Shown here: positions 18,267-25,536 of the stretch, one piece after another
Position numbering within the stretch: the stretch's first letter is position 1
Layout: every line of letters begins with the position of its first letter
Assembly: GCA_946188175.1 (NCBI GenBank)
Contig: CAMHUJ010000001.1
Coordinates: 1-29,156, forward strand
Direction: 5' to 3'
From: an uncultured Ruminococcus sp.
GTDB taxonomy: Bacteria > Bacillota > Clostridia > Oscillospirales > Ruminococcaceae
Length of the DNA: 29,156 nt
Notes under the pieces: model-generated
The model's input: only the letters and a program-made list of their open reading frames with translations
The model's database searches: none
What the model was told of the DNA's origin: nothing
Program-made: the position numbers and the translations under genes

Positions 18267-18343
18267 TGGTCGGGGATCCGCGATTCGAACGCGGGACCAC
18301 CGGTTTATAAGACCGGCACTCTAACCGGCTGAGTTAATCCCCG
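18267..18343 (-). tRNA. tRNA with anticodon UAU (tRNA-Ile, AUA-reading), 77 nt, encoded CCA
   Basis: CGGGGAT/ATCCCCG acceptor stem, ACTC/GAGT D-stem, CCGGT-CT TAT AA-ACCGG anticodon arm, CCGCG-TTCGAAT-CGCGG T-arm, discriminator A then CCA. Confidence 0.92.
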
Positions 18344-18350
18344 CCAATCC

Positions 18351-18524
18351 TCACATCTTCGGTCTGATCAGCACCGAGCCGTCAGCGCGAATGTCGATCT
18401 CATACTTGTCATTGTCCGGCTTCACCGGCTCCGGCTTCAGATCCGCGATCTTTTGTGCCGCTATGTCCGATCCGTCATGCAGCGCGATTTTGTACGCGTC
18501 TGCCTTTTTGATGTAGTCAGTCAT
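18351..18524 (-). CDS. Hypothetical protein (57 aa)
   Basis: MTDYIKKADAYKIAL start; ATG overlaps the end of the upstream ORF; AAAGGAG RBS. Confidence 0.6.
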   Translation of the reverse strand: MTDYIKKADAYKIALHDGSDIAAQKIADLKPEPVKPDNDKYEIDIRADGSVLIRPKM

Positions 18525-18845
18525 CGCTTCTCCTTTCTCCGTCAGCGCAGTACCAATCATCGGCTTGCACCTTGTTATGGTTCAACTCGCAAACATTGAA
18601 CCGCACGTTTTCTCCGTCAACATATCGATGTATGCACTCGCCGCACCGCACCACAGGCACAGCGTCAACGGTCGGCATAGCGTCAAGCGTCAGTTTCGCT
18701 TCGGCGAACACAGAAAAGCGGCACTTTTTTGACCATACATTTCCTCGTTATCCATTTCCCTTGCGGCGTTCATCAACTCCAAGCAAGCATCTTGCCGTGT
18801 TTTCATTTCAGCCGCATACGCATCCGCATCAATGTATCTGCTCAT
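18517..18845 (-). pseudogene. Frameshifted phage hypothetical gene (MSRYIDADA...MPTVDAVPVVRCGEC family)
   Basis: 5' half MSRYIDADAYAAEM...QKSAAFLCSPKRN* and 3' half SVFAEAKLTLDAMPTVDAVPVVRCGEC are in different frames, joined by a -1 shift in an A6 or T4 run near 18714-18730. Confidence 0.6.
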
Positions 18846-18850
18846 CGTGT

Positions 18851-19045
18851 TCACCTCTTAACATGGACTTTCGTGTCGATTCCTACCTTCTTTGCAATGT
18901 AGTTTGCGGCGTTCATATTGCCACAAGCATAGTAGTAATAATTTATTCTTCCGAATCCTTTCGGTGCGTTGTTTACATCGTCATACTCGTTTACGATATG
19001 CTCGATTGCCTTAACAACCTTTTTCTTGCTGATTAATCCGAACAT
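18851..19045 (-). CDS. Hypothetical protein (64 aa)
   Basis: ORF coupled to both neighbours; AGGAG RBS; lower GC. Confidence 0.6.
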   Translation of the reverse strand: MFGLISKKKVVKAIEHIVNEYDDVNNAPKGFGRINYYYYACGNMNAANYIAKKVGIDTKVHVKR

Positions 19046-19404
19046 TATTTATCTTCTCCTATCTTCATCTTTGCGCCGCAGTTCGGGCAGTAGTTCATGT
19101 TATTCTCGCTCGGTGTTCCTGCATTTAGCACCCACGGTTCTCCGCAAGCAGAACATACCCACGCATAACTGTTAAATCCCATTTCCGTTTCAATCCACTC
19201 GCCCTCTTTTGGCATCAGTTTCGCAATCCTCTTTTCATCCGCTTCAAGCGCGTAGGCGGCATCGCGCATCAGTTCTGCTTTGCATTCGTCCGTAATCATA
19301 TCTTCGTTCCACATTGGACATCTGTACGATTCATCAACGCACATTTCGTGCCGTTCGTCCTCGCTACCACACCACCGCAACGCCTTAATCAGTTCTGTGT
19401 TCAT
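19045..19404 (-). CDS. Hypothetical protein with C-terminal zinc ribbon
   Basis: 119 aa; EGEWIE...CSACG...NYCPNCGAKM. Confidence 0.75.
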   Translation of the reverse strand: MNTELIKALRWCGSEDERHEMCVDESYRCPMWNEDMITDECKAELMRDAAYALEADEKRIAKLMPKEGEWIETEMGFNSYAWVCSACGEPWVLNAGTPSENNMNYCPNCGAKMKIGEDK

Positions 19405-20321
19405 TCTGCGTCACCTCTCCTTTTGTATGCTTTTCGGTTCTCGTTTGAATAGTCCTCAAATCGCGTTGACCGATGCACGGCTTTATTGTTGCACCACCGC
19501 GCAAGCCGTTTCTGATCCTCGGTCGGCTCAATGTTGTTTGTGAAATCTCGGTACGGTTGTCCAAACGGTTGTACTCCGATCTCGTCCATCGCCATGATCC
19601 GCGCAATCGATTCCTCGACATCTTGAATCAGCGTGTAAACAAAGATTCGGTACGGCTTTACGCCGTTCTCTTCCAGGTACGAAACGCACCGTTTCAATAT
19701 CGGGATCATCGCGTATGTGTCGCATGCGAAGCGCAACGTGCCGTCAATCCACTTTTCCTTTGATAGAATCTTTGCGATCTCCGGCGTGACCAACCTTGCG
19801 TCCATAGCTTGATTGAAATCGATTCGGACATCCTTGCCGATCATGTCCTCGATCTGCGCGATTCCATGCTCCGACGCAAGCACGTTATTGTCGAGGAACA
19901 CGATGTCGCGCGAATCGGGACGCTTGATCTTGTCCCATGTGTTGACGGAGTGAATCCATCCCTCTTTCTTCGGTACGATGCACCACGGACATTTTCGGAT
20001 GCACCCTCGCGTCAAGAATCCGACCGCGAACGAATACTGCGGATAAAGCGAATAGTCGGGGAACGTATATTCGATCTCTGCCGGAAGATTTTCGTACAAT
20101 CCGTATCCTGTGCCACCCTTGACGATCTGCCTTGCGTTGATTGCCCATTGATAGTCCTCGGTGAATGTGAACACCTTGCTCATATACACCTTGTCATATT
20201 CGGGCATCAACGGTTCGTACCATTCCACCTCATCGCCTTGTGCTTTATGCCACGCGGACAGCTTCATCAGCGCAAGGTTCGGAAAGTTATGACCGTCAAC
20301 ATCGATCAATCCGATGTGCAT
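19401..20321 (-). CDS. Radical SAM protein
   Basis: CxxxCxxC motif (GCIRKCPWC); MHIGLIDVDGHNFPNLALMKLS start with GGAGG RBS; DNN and DFNQAMDARL motifs. Confidence 0.85.
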   Translation of the reverse strand: MHIGLIDVDGHNFPNLALMKLSAWHKAQGDEVEWYEPLMPEYDKVYMSKVFTFTEDYQWAINARQIVKGGTGYGLYENLPAEIEYTFPDYSLYPQYSFAVGFLTRGCIRKCPWCIVPKKEGWIHSVNTWDKIKRPDSRDIVFLDNNVLASEHGIAQIEDMIGKDVRIDFNQAMDARLVTPEIAKILSKEKWIDGTLRFACDTYAMIPILKRCVSYLEENGVKPYRIFVYTLIQDVEESIARIMAMDEIGVQPFGQPYRDFTNNIEPTEDQKRLARWCNNKAVHRSTRFEDYSNENRKAYKRRGDAE

Positions 20322-20368
20322 CCTTCCACCTCCGGCGCGTTCTCGCTGCACTTGATCCATTCACTCAT
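20306..20368 (-). pseudogene. Remnant of a DUF551-like gene (20 aa)
   Basis: GAGGAGG RBS; MSEWIKCSENAPEVEGCTSD*, overlapping the radical SAM start. Confidence 0.45.
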
Positions 20369-20380
20369 TGTGTCCTCCTC

Positions 20381-20584
20381 TCATTGCTGATCCTCCTTGC
20401 CCTTTCTAATCCACTCGACAAAATCCATCTTGCAATCGTCGCAAAGATCGAATTCGTAAAAGTCACTCAAAATAGATTCTTTAACCGCCGCATTTATAAT
20501 GATCTCTGGAAATTTCAAATTCATAAAAGACGGCTGCTTTTTTATCTCGGCGCCGCACCGATCACAAACGATTTTCTTTCCCAT
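20381..20584 (-). CDS. Small zinc-binding hypothetical protein
   Basis: 67 aa; CDRCG and DLCDDC pairs. Confidence 0.7.
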   Translation of the reverse strand: MGKKIVCDRCGAEIKKQPSFMNLKFPEIIINAAVKESILSDFYEFDLCDDCKMDFVEWIRKGKEDQQ

Positions 20585-20585
20585 T

Positions 20586-20834
20586 TCAACCCCTTCTTTT
20601 GAACTGACCGGCTACCGGACACGTCGACCAATGCGGAATGTATCCGGTCCCGGTTTCCTTTTCAGATCTCGGATCCAACTCGCAGCTGACAAGATCGCCC
20701 TGCCGCGTGACGATCTTCTGCTTTGCCTTTGGCGCTTCCCAGTACGGTACAAGCTCCGGATCGCACGGCATCGCCTTTCCTGATCGCGTCATGATCCAGA
20801 TGATCTCGCGACCGCACCCTTTGCACTTTCCCAT
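20586..20834 (-). CDS. Small Cys/His phage protein
   Basis: 82 aa; CKGCGREIIWI...GKAMPCD...PHWSTCP. Confidence 0.75.
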   Translation of the reverse strand: MGKCKGCGREIIWIMTRSGKAMPCDPELVPYWEAPKAKQKIVTRQGDLVSCELDPRSEKETGTGYIPHWSTCPVAGQFKRRG

Positions 20835-20837
20835 GAT

Positions 20838-21200
20838 TCACTCCTCCTTCAAAACATCTTTATTATCATCCTTGATCCCGAACGCTTTCAGAATCTTCTG
20901 CTTCGGAAAGAAAACGCTCTCCCATTCCGTTCCGTCATCCGTCTTGATCAGTTTCTTCATGTTCGTCAGCCGAAGTCCTCTCGGAGTGAAATCGTAGAAT
21001 GTCCATTGACCGAACAGAAGCGATTCTCCGTTGCCGCCTCGATACGATGAGAAATTGTCGCGCAGCCATTGGTCGAAGTTCTGCATATTGTGTCCGTGCC
21101 TGGATTCAAACGCTTTCACAGCTTCATACCACTTGACAATGTGTTCGATCAGCTCATCAAACGGATCTCGTTCTCCGAATAGATTCATTTGCTCGATCAT
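20838..21200 (-). CDS. Hypothetical protein (120 aa)
   Basis: AAGGAG RBS; coupled to neighbours. Confidence 0.7.
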   Translation of the reverse strand: MIEQMNLFGERDPFDELIEHIVKWYEAVKAFESRHGHNMQNFDQWLRDNFSSYRGGNGESLLFGQWTFYDFTPRGLRLTNMKKLIKTDDGTEWESVFFPKQKILKAFGIKDDNKDVLKEE

Positions 21201-21523
21201 CAGTATCTCCTTTTATACACGCCATAGGTCGAAGCGACCGCGATCAGATTGTTCAGCACCGACGTAGCCTCCGAAATATCGTGATGATGCACCGCCTGTT
21301 CAGCTGCACCGGCAAGCGACGCAAGGTCCGACCGGATCGAAATCAGCTGCGTGTGCTCATCATTCGCGTTCAGCGCCACACGAAGCGCATCAGCCAGGTC
21401 CTCATTGTTTCGATACTCGCGATCATACCGTGAGACACCACTCTCCTGATAGTTACGATATGCCGTGTCTGCCTTTTGCTGGTACCGATCAATCAGCTTT
21501 TTTAATGCCTTTGCGTCCATCAT
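21200..21523 (-). CDS. Hypothetical helical protein
   Basis: MMDAKALKK start overlaps the DUF3846 stop (ATGA); AAGGAG RBS. Confidence 0.7.
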   Translation of the reverse strand: MMDAKALKKLIDRYQQKADTAYRNYQESGVSRYDREYRNNEDLADALRVALNANDEHTQLISIRSDLASLAGAAEQAVHHHDISEATSVLNNLIAVASTYGVYKRRY

Positions 21524-21849
21524 TTCAGCATCTCCTTCCACGCCTTCAATGTGATTTCCTCCGGAAGATCCACGAAATCCTCCTCGCCCATACCAACTGC
21601 GATGATGTCCCCGACGAAGCTGACCGGATGCCGATGCGGTCCGAAATCTACCGTGCAGTTGTACGGCTTATCTTTCAACCGACCTTCTTCGTCACAGAGA
21701 ACCACAAACCTCCCAGCCGGATCCGTAACGCACTCGATATAACCACCGACCTGCGTCTGCAGATTCTTCAGCGTGTTGCTGATCCACGTCACATGACCAT
21801 ACTGTTCGTCCGCCCTTTTTACGATTGCCCTGATTTTTCCCATGATCAT
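21520..21849 (-). CDS. DUF3846 domain protein
   Basis: NTLKNLQTQVGGYIE...LCDEEGRLKDKPYN...FVGDII motif; start at ATGA overlap. Confidence 0.8.
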   Translation of the reverse strand: MIMGKIRAIVKRADEQYGHVTWISNTLKNLQTQVGGYIECVTDPAGRFVVLCDEEGRLKDKPYNCTVDFGPHRHPVSFVGDIIAVGMGEEDFVDLPEEITLKAWKEMLK

Positions 21850-22088
21850 TTCTCCTTTTCTTCTTCCTTGATCTTCAGATACGCAGCAACGACCGCGTTT
21901 TTTCTCCACTGCTCAACCATGCCAGGATTATTCTGCCGATACGCCCTCTGATAGTCTCTGATCTGCTGCCGATGATTTTCGCGATACCGCTTTTGAATAA
22001 CAGCAATCTTATCCTTGTTCTTCCGATAATACTCACGCCGCTTTTCGCGTTCTCGCTCTTGACGATCCTGAATCTCTTTTTCTGTCAT
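21846..22088 (-). CDS. Small basic helical protein
   Basis: 80 aa; REYYRKNKDKI...RYRENH...RAYRQNN repeats; AAAGGAGG RBS. Confidence 0.75.
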   Translation of the reverse strand: MTEKEIQDRQEREREKRREYYRKNKDKIAVIQKRYRENHRQQIRDYQRAYRQNNPGMVEQWRKNAVVAAYLKIKEEEKEK

Positions 22089-22111
22089 AGAAATCTCCTC
22101 CTTTCGTATAT

Positions 22112-22140
22112 ATCTTACACCATATATACATTACTGTCAA
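22112..22140 (-). promoter_or_regulatory. SigA-type promoter for the accessory gene cluster
   Basis: TTGACA (22140-22135), 17 nt, TAAGAT (22117-22112). Confidence 0.7.
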
Positions 22141-22399
22141 TATACTGTATAGAGATATTTTTTCAATTTACCATGATTTACCATAAAAATTATTAAACTG
22201 ATAAACTAAAAAATACCGATGAAATCAATGTTTTTTTGATGGGTTTAGCAGTTTATCATTTTTAACATCATTTTTTTGCTATATAGAAAATCAAATTCCT
22301 TTTCCACGACTTATCCACATTATCCACTTTTGGTTTCCCTTATATATACATAATACTTTTTTGGGATAAAACCGCTAAACCGATAAATCTGCATCCGGA
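22141..22399. other. AT-rich putative replication origin with DnaA-box-like and iteron-like repeats
   Basis: TTATCCACA at 22311-22319, TTATCCACT at 22320-22328, TTTTCCACG at 22300-22308; GATAAA..GCTAAAC motifs in both orientations; directly downstream of the helicase gene. Confidence 0.55.
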
Positions 22400-24217
22400 T
22401 CACCCTATCAGATCGCGCATTTCATCCTTGCAAATGCAGACGGTCGGCACAACCGTTCCGGCGATCAAAGCGTTCTTTGTTCGGCGTTCTTTGTCCGTTT
22501 TGAGGATCCCTTTTCTCTTCGCCCAGGACAGAAAAGACTTCGCATTGAACCCGGCATTTTGCATTTCACGGTCGAACACGGATTTTATCACAAAGATGTT
22601 ATTTGCCTCGACCTTTCCCCAAACTTCCGCCTTATACTCACCGAAATCATTCGGCTTGAAATGATTTGTGTTGACCGCAACCATTTCCATGACCCACTCG
22701 GCAGCGCGTACATTCGCGTCAATCTCTCCTCGCTTCGTCATCAGCCGGATCATTTCGTCAACCGTCAGTTGACATCCATCCTGGAAGAAAAGAGTGGACG
22801 CCACATAATCCGCAATCAAAATCGCCGATAAAGATGCAGCTTGTTTGTCCTCGCCTCCGGCCGCCTGCAGCTCGTGATAAATCTCTACACGCAGATCATT
22901 GATCATCTTCATGTTCTCCGGATCCCGAATGTACTCCACAAATTCACGGCCTGCAAAGCCGTAATTTTCGTTAATAATCGCGCAAAGACCGACCAGATCG
23001 GAATATATCTTATCCGCACATTCAATCTCGATCGCACGGACCGAAGCGCCGGACATAGAATTCGCATTGATGATCGGATATTCGCCGGTCGTCAGAATGC
23101 AATTCCTCCATGTGACGATCCTCCGGATGCCGCCGGTCTTTGTTCCACGAACACGGCCTTGCCCTTCGGTCAGCTTGTACAGAATCCGGTCATAGTCCTT
23201 AATACCGGACGCCGCCTGGATTTGCAGCTCGTCCATGCACATAGGCATACTGTTCAGGAACGCCGCAATCATCTCTTGACCGACATCGGTTGAATTGAAT
23301 GACATAACGTAATCGCCCAGCTTCGGTGACGCCCACACAGACGCAGCTATCATCAGCGACACGGTCTTGCCTGTGCCTTGACCGCCATATGCGTGAACGA
23401 AGAACGGCAGCAGTCCGCACGGCTCAATCAGCGCTGACGCGAAAGACGCCGCCAGGAAGATCCGACCGATGCTCTTTTCTGCACGGACCTTTTTCATTGC
23501 GTCAATCCATTTCTGACGATCTCCATCTGACCGGACAGAATTGAACATATGCCGGAAGTTCGCTTCTCCGTCAAAAATCAGCTTGTCAACATATGGAGAA
23601 AAGCCGTGATCGAGAACCCAACCAAGCCGACCGACAGAATGTTCCTCGCTTATCGTGTCATAATTCAACTGCTCCATAGTCAGCAGATACGATGACAGAA
23701 GCTTCGCGTTTTCACTCGTCACGACAACGCCATAAGCAGCCAGCTGCAGGATCTGATTCGATGACGCGACCACCGACTTTTCAATGATGATCGACCGCCA
23801 GGACCGCCCCTTCTTATATGCGATCTCCAGCCGCTCGTCTCCCTCATCAATATTGATCAACCTCCGCACCGGCATGATCGGATGGACGCAGATCGTGATT
23901 TCATAACCGAAACGATCGGACATCCGGACACCGTAATCGTCGCAAATATACTGACCTGAAAAAAGCTCAACCGGCTGCGCGTCAAACTTCGTCGCATTGT
24001 CAAGGCTCTGCCCCTGCTTCTTCATCGTACTCTCAAGATAGGCATTCCAAAGAGCCATGAATGTCCGAACACCGACTGCGCCGGCCTGCATCTTCATCCG
24101 CTGGATCTGCTGCTGCAACGCGAATTTATCATCCTTAAACTGCGCAAGCCAAGCATAAGGCTCCGATGTTGTCAAATACTGTTCAGCCGTAAACTCCGGC
24201 ATTATTGCCTGTTCCAT
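22400..24217 (-). CDS. DUF927-domain replicative helicase (Cch-like)
   Basis: 605 aa; Walker A GGQGTGKT, Walker B CMDELQ, TEGQGRVRG, ILTTGE. Confidence 0.85.
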   Translation of the reverse strand: MEQAIMPEFTAEQYLTTSEPYAWLAQFKDDKFALQQQIQRMKMQAGAVGVRTFMALWNAYLESTMKKQGQSLDNATKFDAQPVELFSGQYICDDYGVRMSDRFGYEITICVHPIMPVRRLINIDEGDERLEIAYKKGRSWRSIIIEKSVVASSNQILQLAAYGVVVTSENAKLLSSYLLTMEQLNYDTISEEHSVGRLGWVLDHGFSPYVDKLIFDGEANFRHMFNSVRSDGDRQKWIDAMKKVRAEKSIGRIFLAASFASALIEPCGLLPFFVHAYGGQGTGKTVSLMIAASVWASPKLGDYVMSFNSTDVGQEMIAAFLNSMPMCMDELQIQAASGIKDYDRILYKLTEGQGRVRGTKTGGIRRIVTWRNCILTTGEYPIINANSMSGASVRAIEIECADKIYSDLVGLCAIINENYGFAGREFVEYIRDPENMKMINDLRVEIYHELQAAGGEDKQAASLSAILIADYVASTLFFQDGCQLTVDEMIRLMTKRGEIDANVRAAEWVMEMVAVNTNHFKPNDFGEYKAEVWGKVEANNIFVIKSVFDREMQNAGFNAKSFLSWAKRKGILKTDKERRTKNALIAGTVVPTVCICKDEMRDLIG

Positions 24218-24236
24218 GACCGGCTCCTTTCCTGAT

Positions 24237-24277
24237 AAAAAACCTGGGATTCAAAGTGACGGCTTCAAATCCCAGGT
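24237..24277 (-). terminator. Intrinsic terminator-like hairpin in the helicase leader
   Basis: 14-bp stem ACCUGGGAUUUGAA/UUUGAAUCCCAGGU, 8-nt loop GCCGUCAC, followed by a U run. Confidence 0.7.
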
Positions 24278-24335
24278 AAAATAGTCTTGTGTTCTATTCA
24301 CCGTCTCCGGCGCCGTCACACCTTCGACTATTTTT
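24237..24335 (-). ncRNA. Candidate structured cis-regulatory leader RNA (two stems with complementary loops, GNRA hairpin)
   Basis: P1 AAAAUAGUC/GACUAUUUU; internal CGCCG-GAGA-CGGUG; GUGACGGC (24319-24312) complementary to the P2 loop GCCGUCAC. Confidence 0.55.
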
Positions 24336-24339
24336 CTTA

Positions 24340-24368
24340 ATTATACCGCAGAAAAATGAGAATGTCAA
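24340..24368 (-). promoter_or_regulatory. SigA consensus promoter for the helicase
   Basis: TTGACA (24368-24363), 17 nt, TATAAT (24345-24340). Confidence 0.85.
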
Positions 24369-24934
24369 CTCGCAAAGCGCTTTTTCTCAAATTCCGCAAG
24401 CGCCTCAAGCGCTTCATCAGCTCTTGCACGCGCCCGATCACGCCTTGACGCAGCAATCACAAAGCATTCGGACCATTCTTCGTCCGGATCCTTTGGCGCC
24501 GCTTCCGAATACGCAAGTTCTATCAGCCGCAGCGCATACAAAGCGTCGTTCCATTCGGTGACCAGTTTCGCGTACTGTTCTTCAAGCTCTCTCTCGCGCC
24601 GCCTGCGTTCCCATGCTTCGCGGTTTTGGGCGATTCGCTCTGCGTTCGACAGATTACCTTCTCGAATCAAACCAAGCCGAAAATCGTCGTTCAGGCGCTT
24701 ACACGCGTCGCCAACGGAGCAGTCGAACAGTTTCATGACCAGATCGATCACAGAACCGGACGCTCCGCAGCCGAAACAATGGAATCCGCGTTCGCCTTTG
24801 TATGCTTTGAACGATGCTGTTTTCTCGTTATGGAACGGACAGCGAGCAAAACCGTGATAATTCAGTTCGATGCCGTAATGACTGCACGCATCCTGACAGG
24901 AAACGCGCTTCTTAATTTCCGTGCTGATCCTCAT
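24365..24934 (-). CDS. CHC2 zinc-finger (DnaG primase zinc-binding domain) protein
   Basis: 189 aa; ARCPFHNEKTASF...FHCFGCGASGSVIDLV; no TOPRIM domain. Confidence 0.85.
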   Translation of the reverse strand: MRISTEIKKRVSCQDACSHYGIELNYHGFARCPFHNEKTASFKAYKGERGFHCFGCGASGSVIDLVMKLFDCSVGDACKRLNDDFRLGLIREGNLSNAERIAQNREAWERRRRERELEEQYAKLVTEWNDALYALRLIELAYSEAAPKDPDEEWSECFVIAASRRDRARARADEALEALAEFEKKRFAS

Positions 24935-25388
24935 GATACTCCCCTTTCAAAATTTCCATGATCGTCTTACCAGTGGACAGTTTGTCACAGAACAGGAACT
25001 TCACTCCATAAGCCATCCGGATCCGGAACATCTCCCGAACCAGCGCCGCGCCGGTGACCGGAGAATGCTTCGACCGCCAGCGCAGCACATCTTCCGTTCC
25101 TTTAATTCCGCGATGCTCGATCAGCACGATCAGCGTGATCCGCGCCGCATAAGCACGTCGAACCTCGCGCATGAATCGGGCGTGATCTTCGCGGTTCGTC
25201 AGATTCTTCGCCAGCTCGTCAAGGTTCTGTTTACGGTCAACGGAGATCGATCCGCCTTCCAGCATATAGTCCCCAACGTCCAGCGCCTGAACGCGGTATT
25301 CGATACCGTGCCGGTCAAAGTACGCTTTGAGATGCCGGTCCGCGTTTCCGGCCTGCGTCCACTTCTCGCGACTATCAACGATCAACAT
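24912..25388 (-). CDS. ERCC4-domain nuclease (putative resolvase)
   Basis: 158 aa; IVDSREK...LDVGDY...DRKQNLDEL motif. Confidence 0.85.
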   Translation of the reverse strand: MLIVDSREKWTQAGNADRHLKAYFDRHGIEYRVQALDVGDYMLEGGSISVDRKQNLDELAKNLTNREDHARFMREVRRAYAARITLIVLIEHRGIKGTEDVLRWRSKHSPVTGAALVREMFRIRMAYGVKFLFCDKLSTGKTIMEILKGEYHEDQHGN

Positions 25389-25536
25389 CTTCTTCGATGC
25401 GGTAGATCTTACCGTTGCATTCGAACCGTCCGCGTTCTACATATCGAGTGATGACTTTTCCGTTCACGATCGCCCAGAACATGAACCAAACGGCAAAACC
25501 CAACAGAAAACCGATGAGAATTCCGATCCAGATCAC
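25375..25536 (-). CDS. Small membrane protein (53 aa; not in ORF track)
   Basis: GTG start overlapping the upstream TGA; MIWIGILIGFLLGFAVWFMFWAIVNGKVITRYVERGRFECNGKIYRIEEDVDR; one hydrophobic helix. Confidence 0.65.
   Translation of the reverse strand: MIWIGILIGFLLGFAVWFMFWAIVNGKVITRYVERGRFECNGKIYRIEEDVDR

Noticed and set aside
18267-18343. tRNA as an att-site remnant
   Set aside because: It is full length and lies inside a co-oriented operon, with no duplicated 3' fragment or integrase nearby.
22141-22399. CRISPR-like or mini-array reading of the short repeats
   Set aside because: Repeats are short, degenerate, in both orientations and lack regular spacers.
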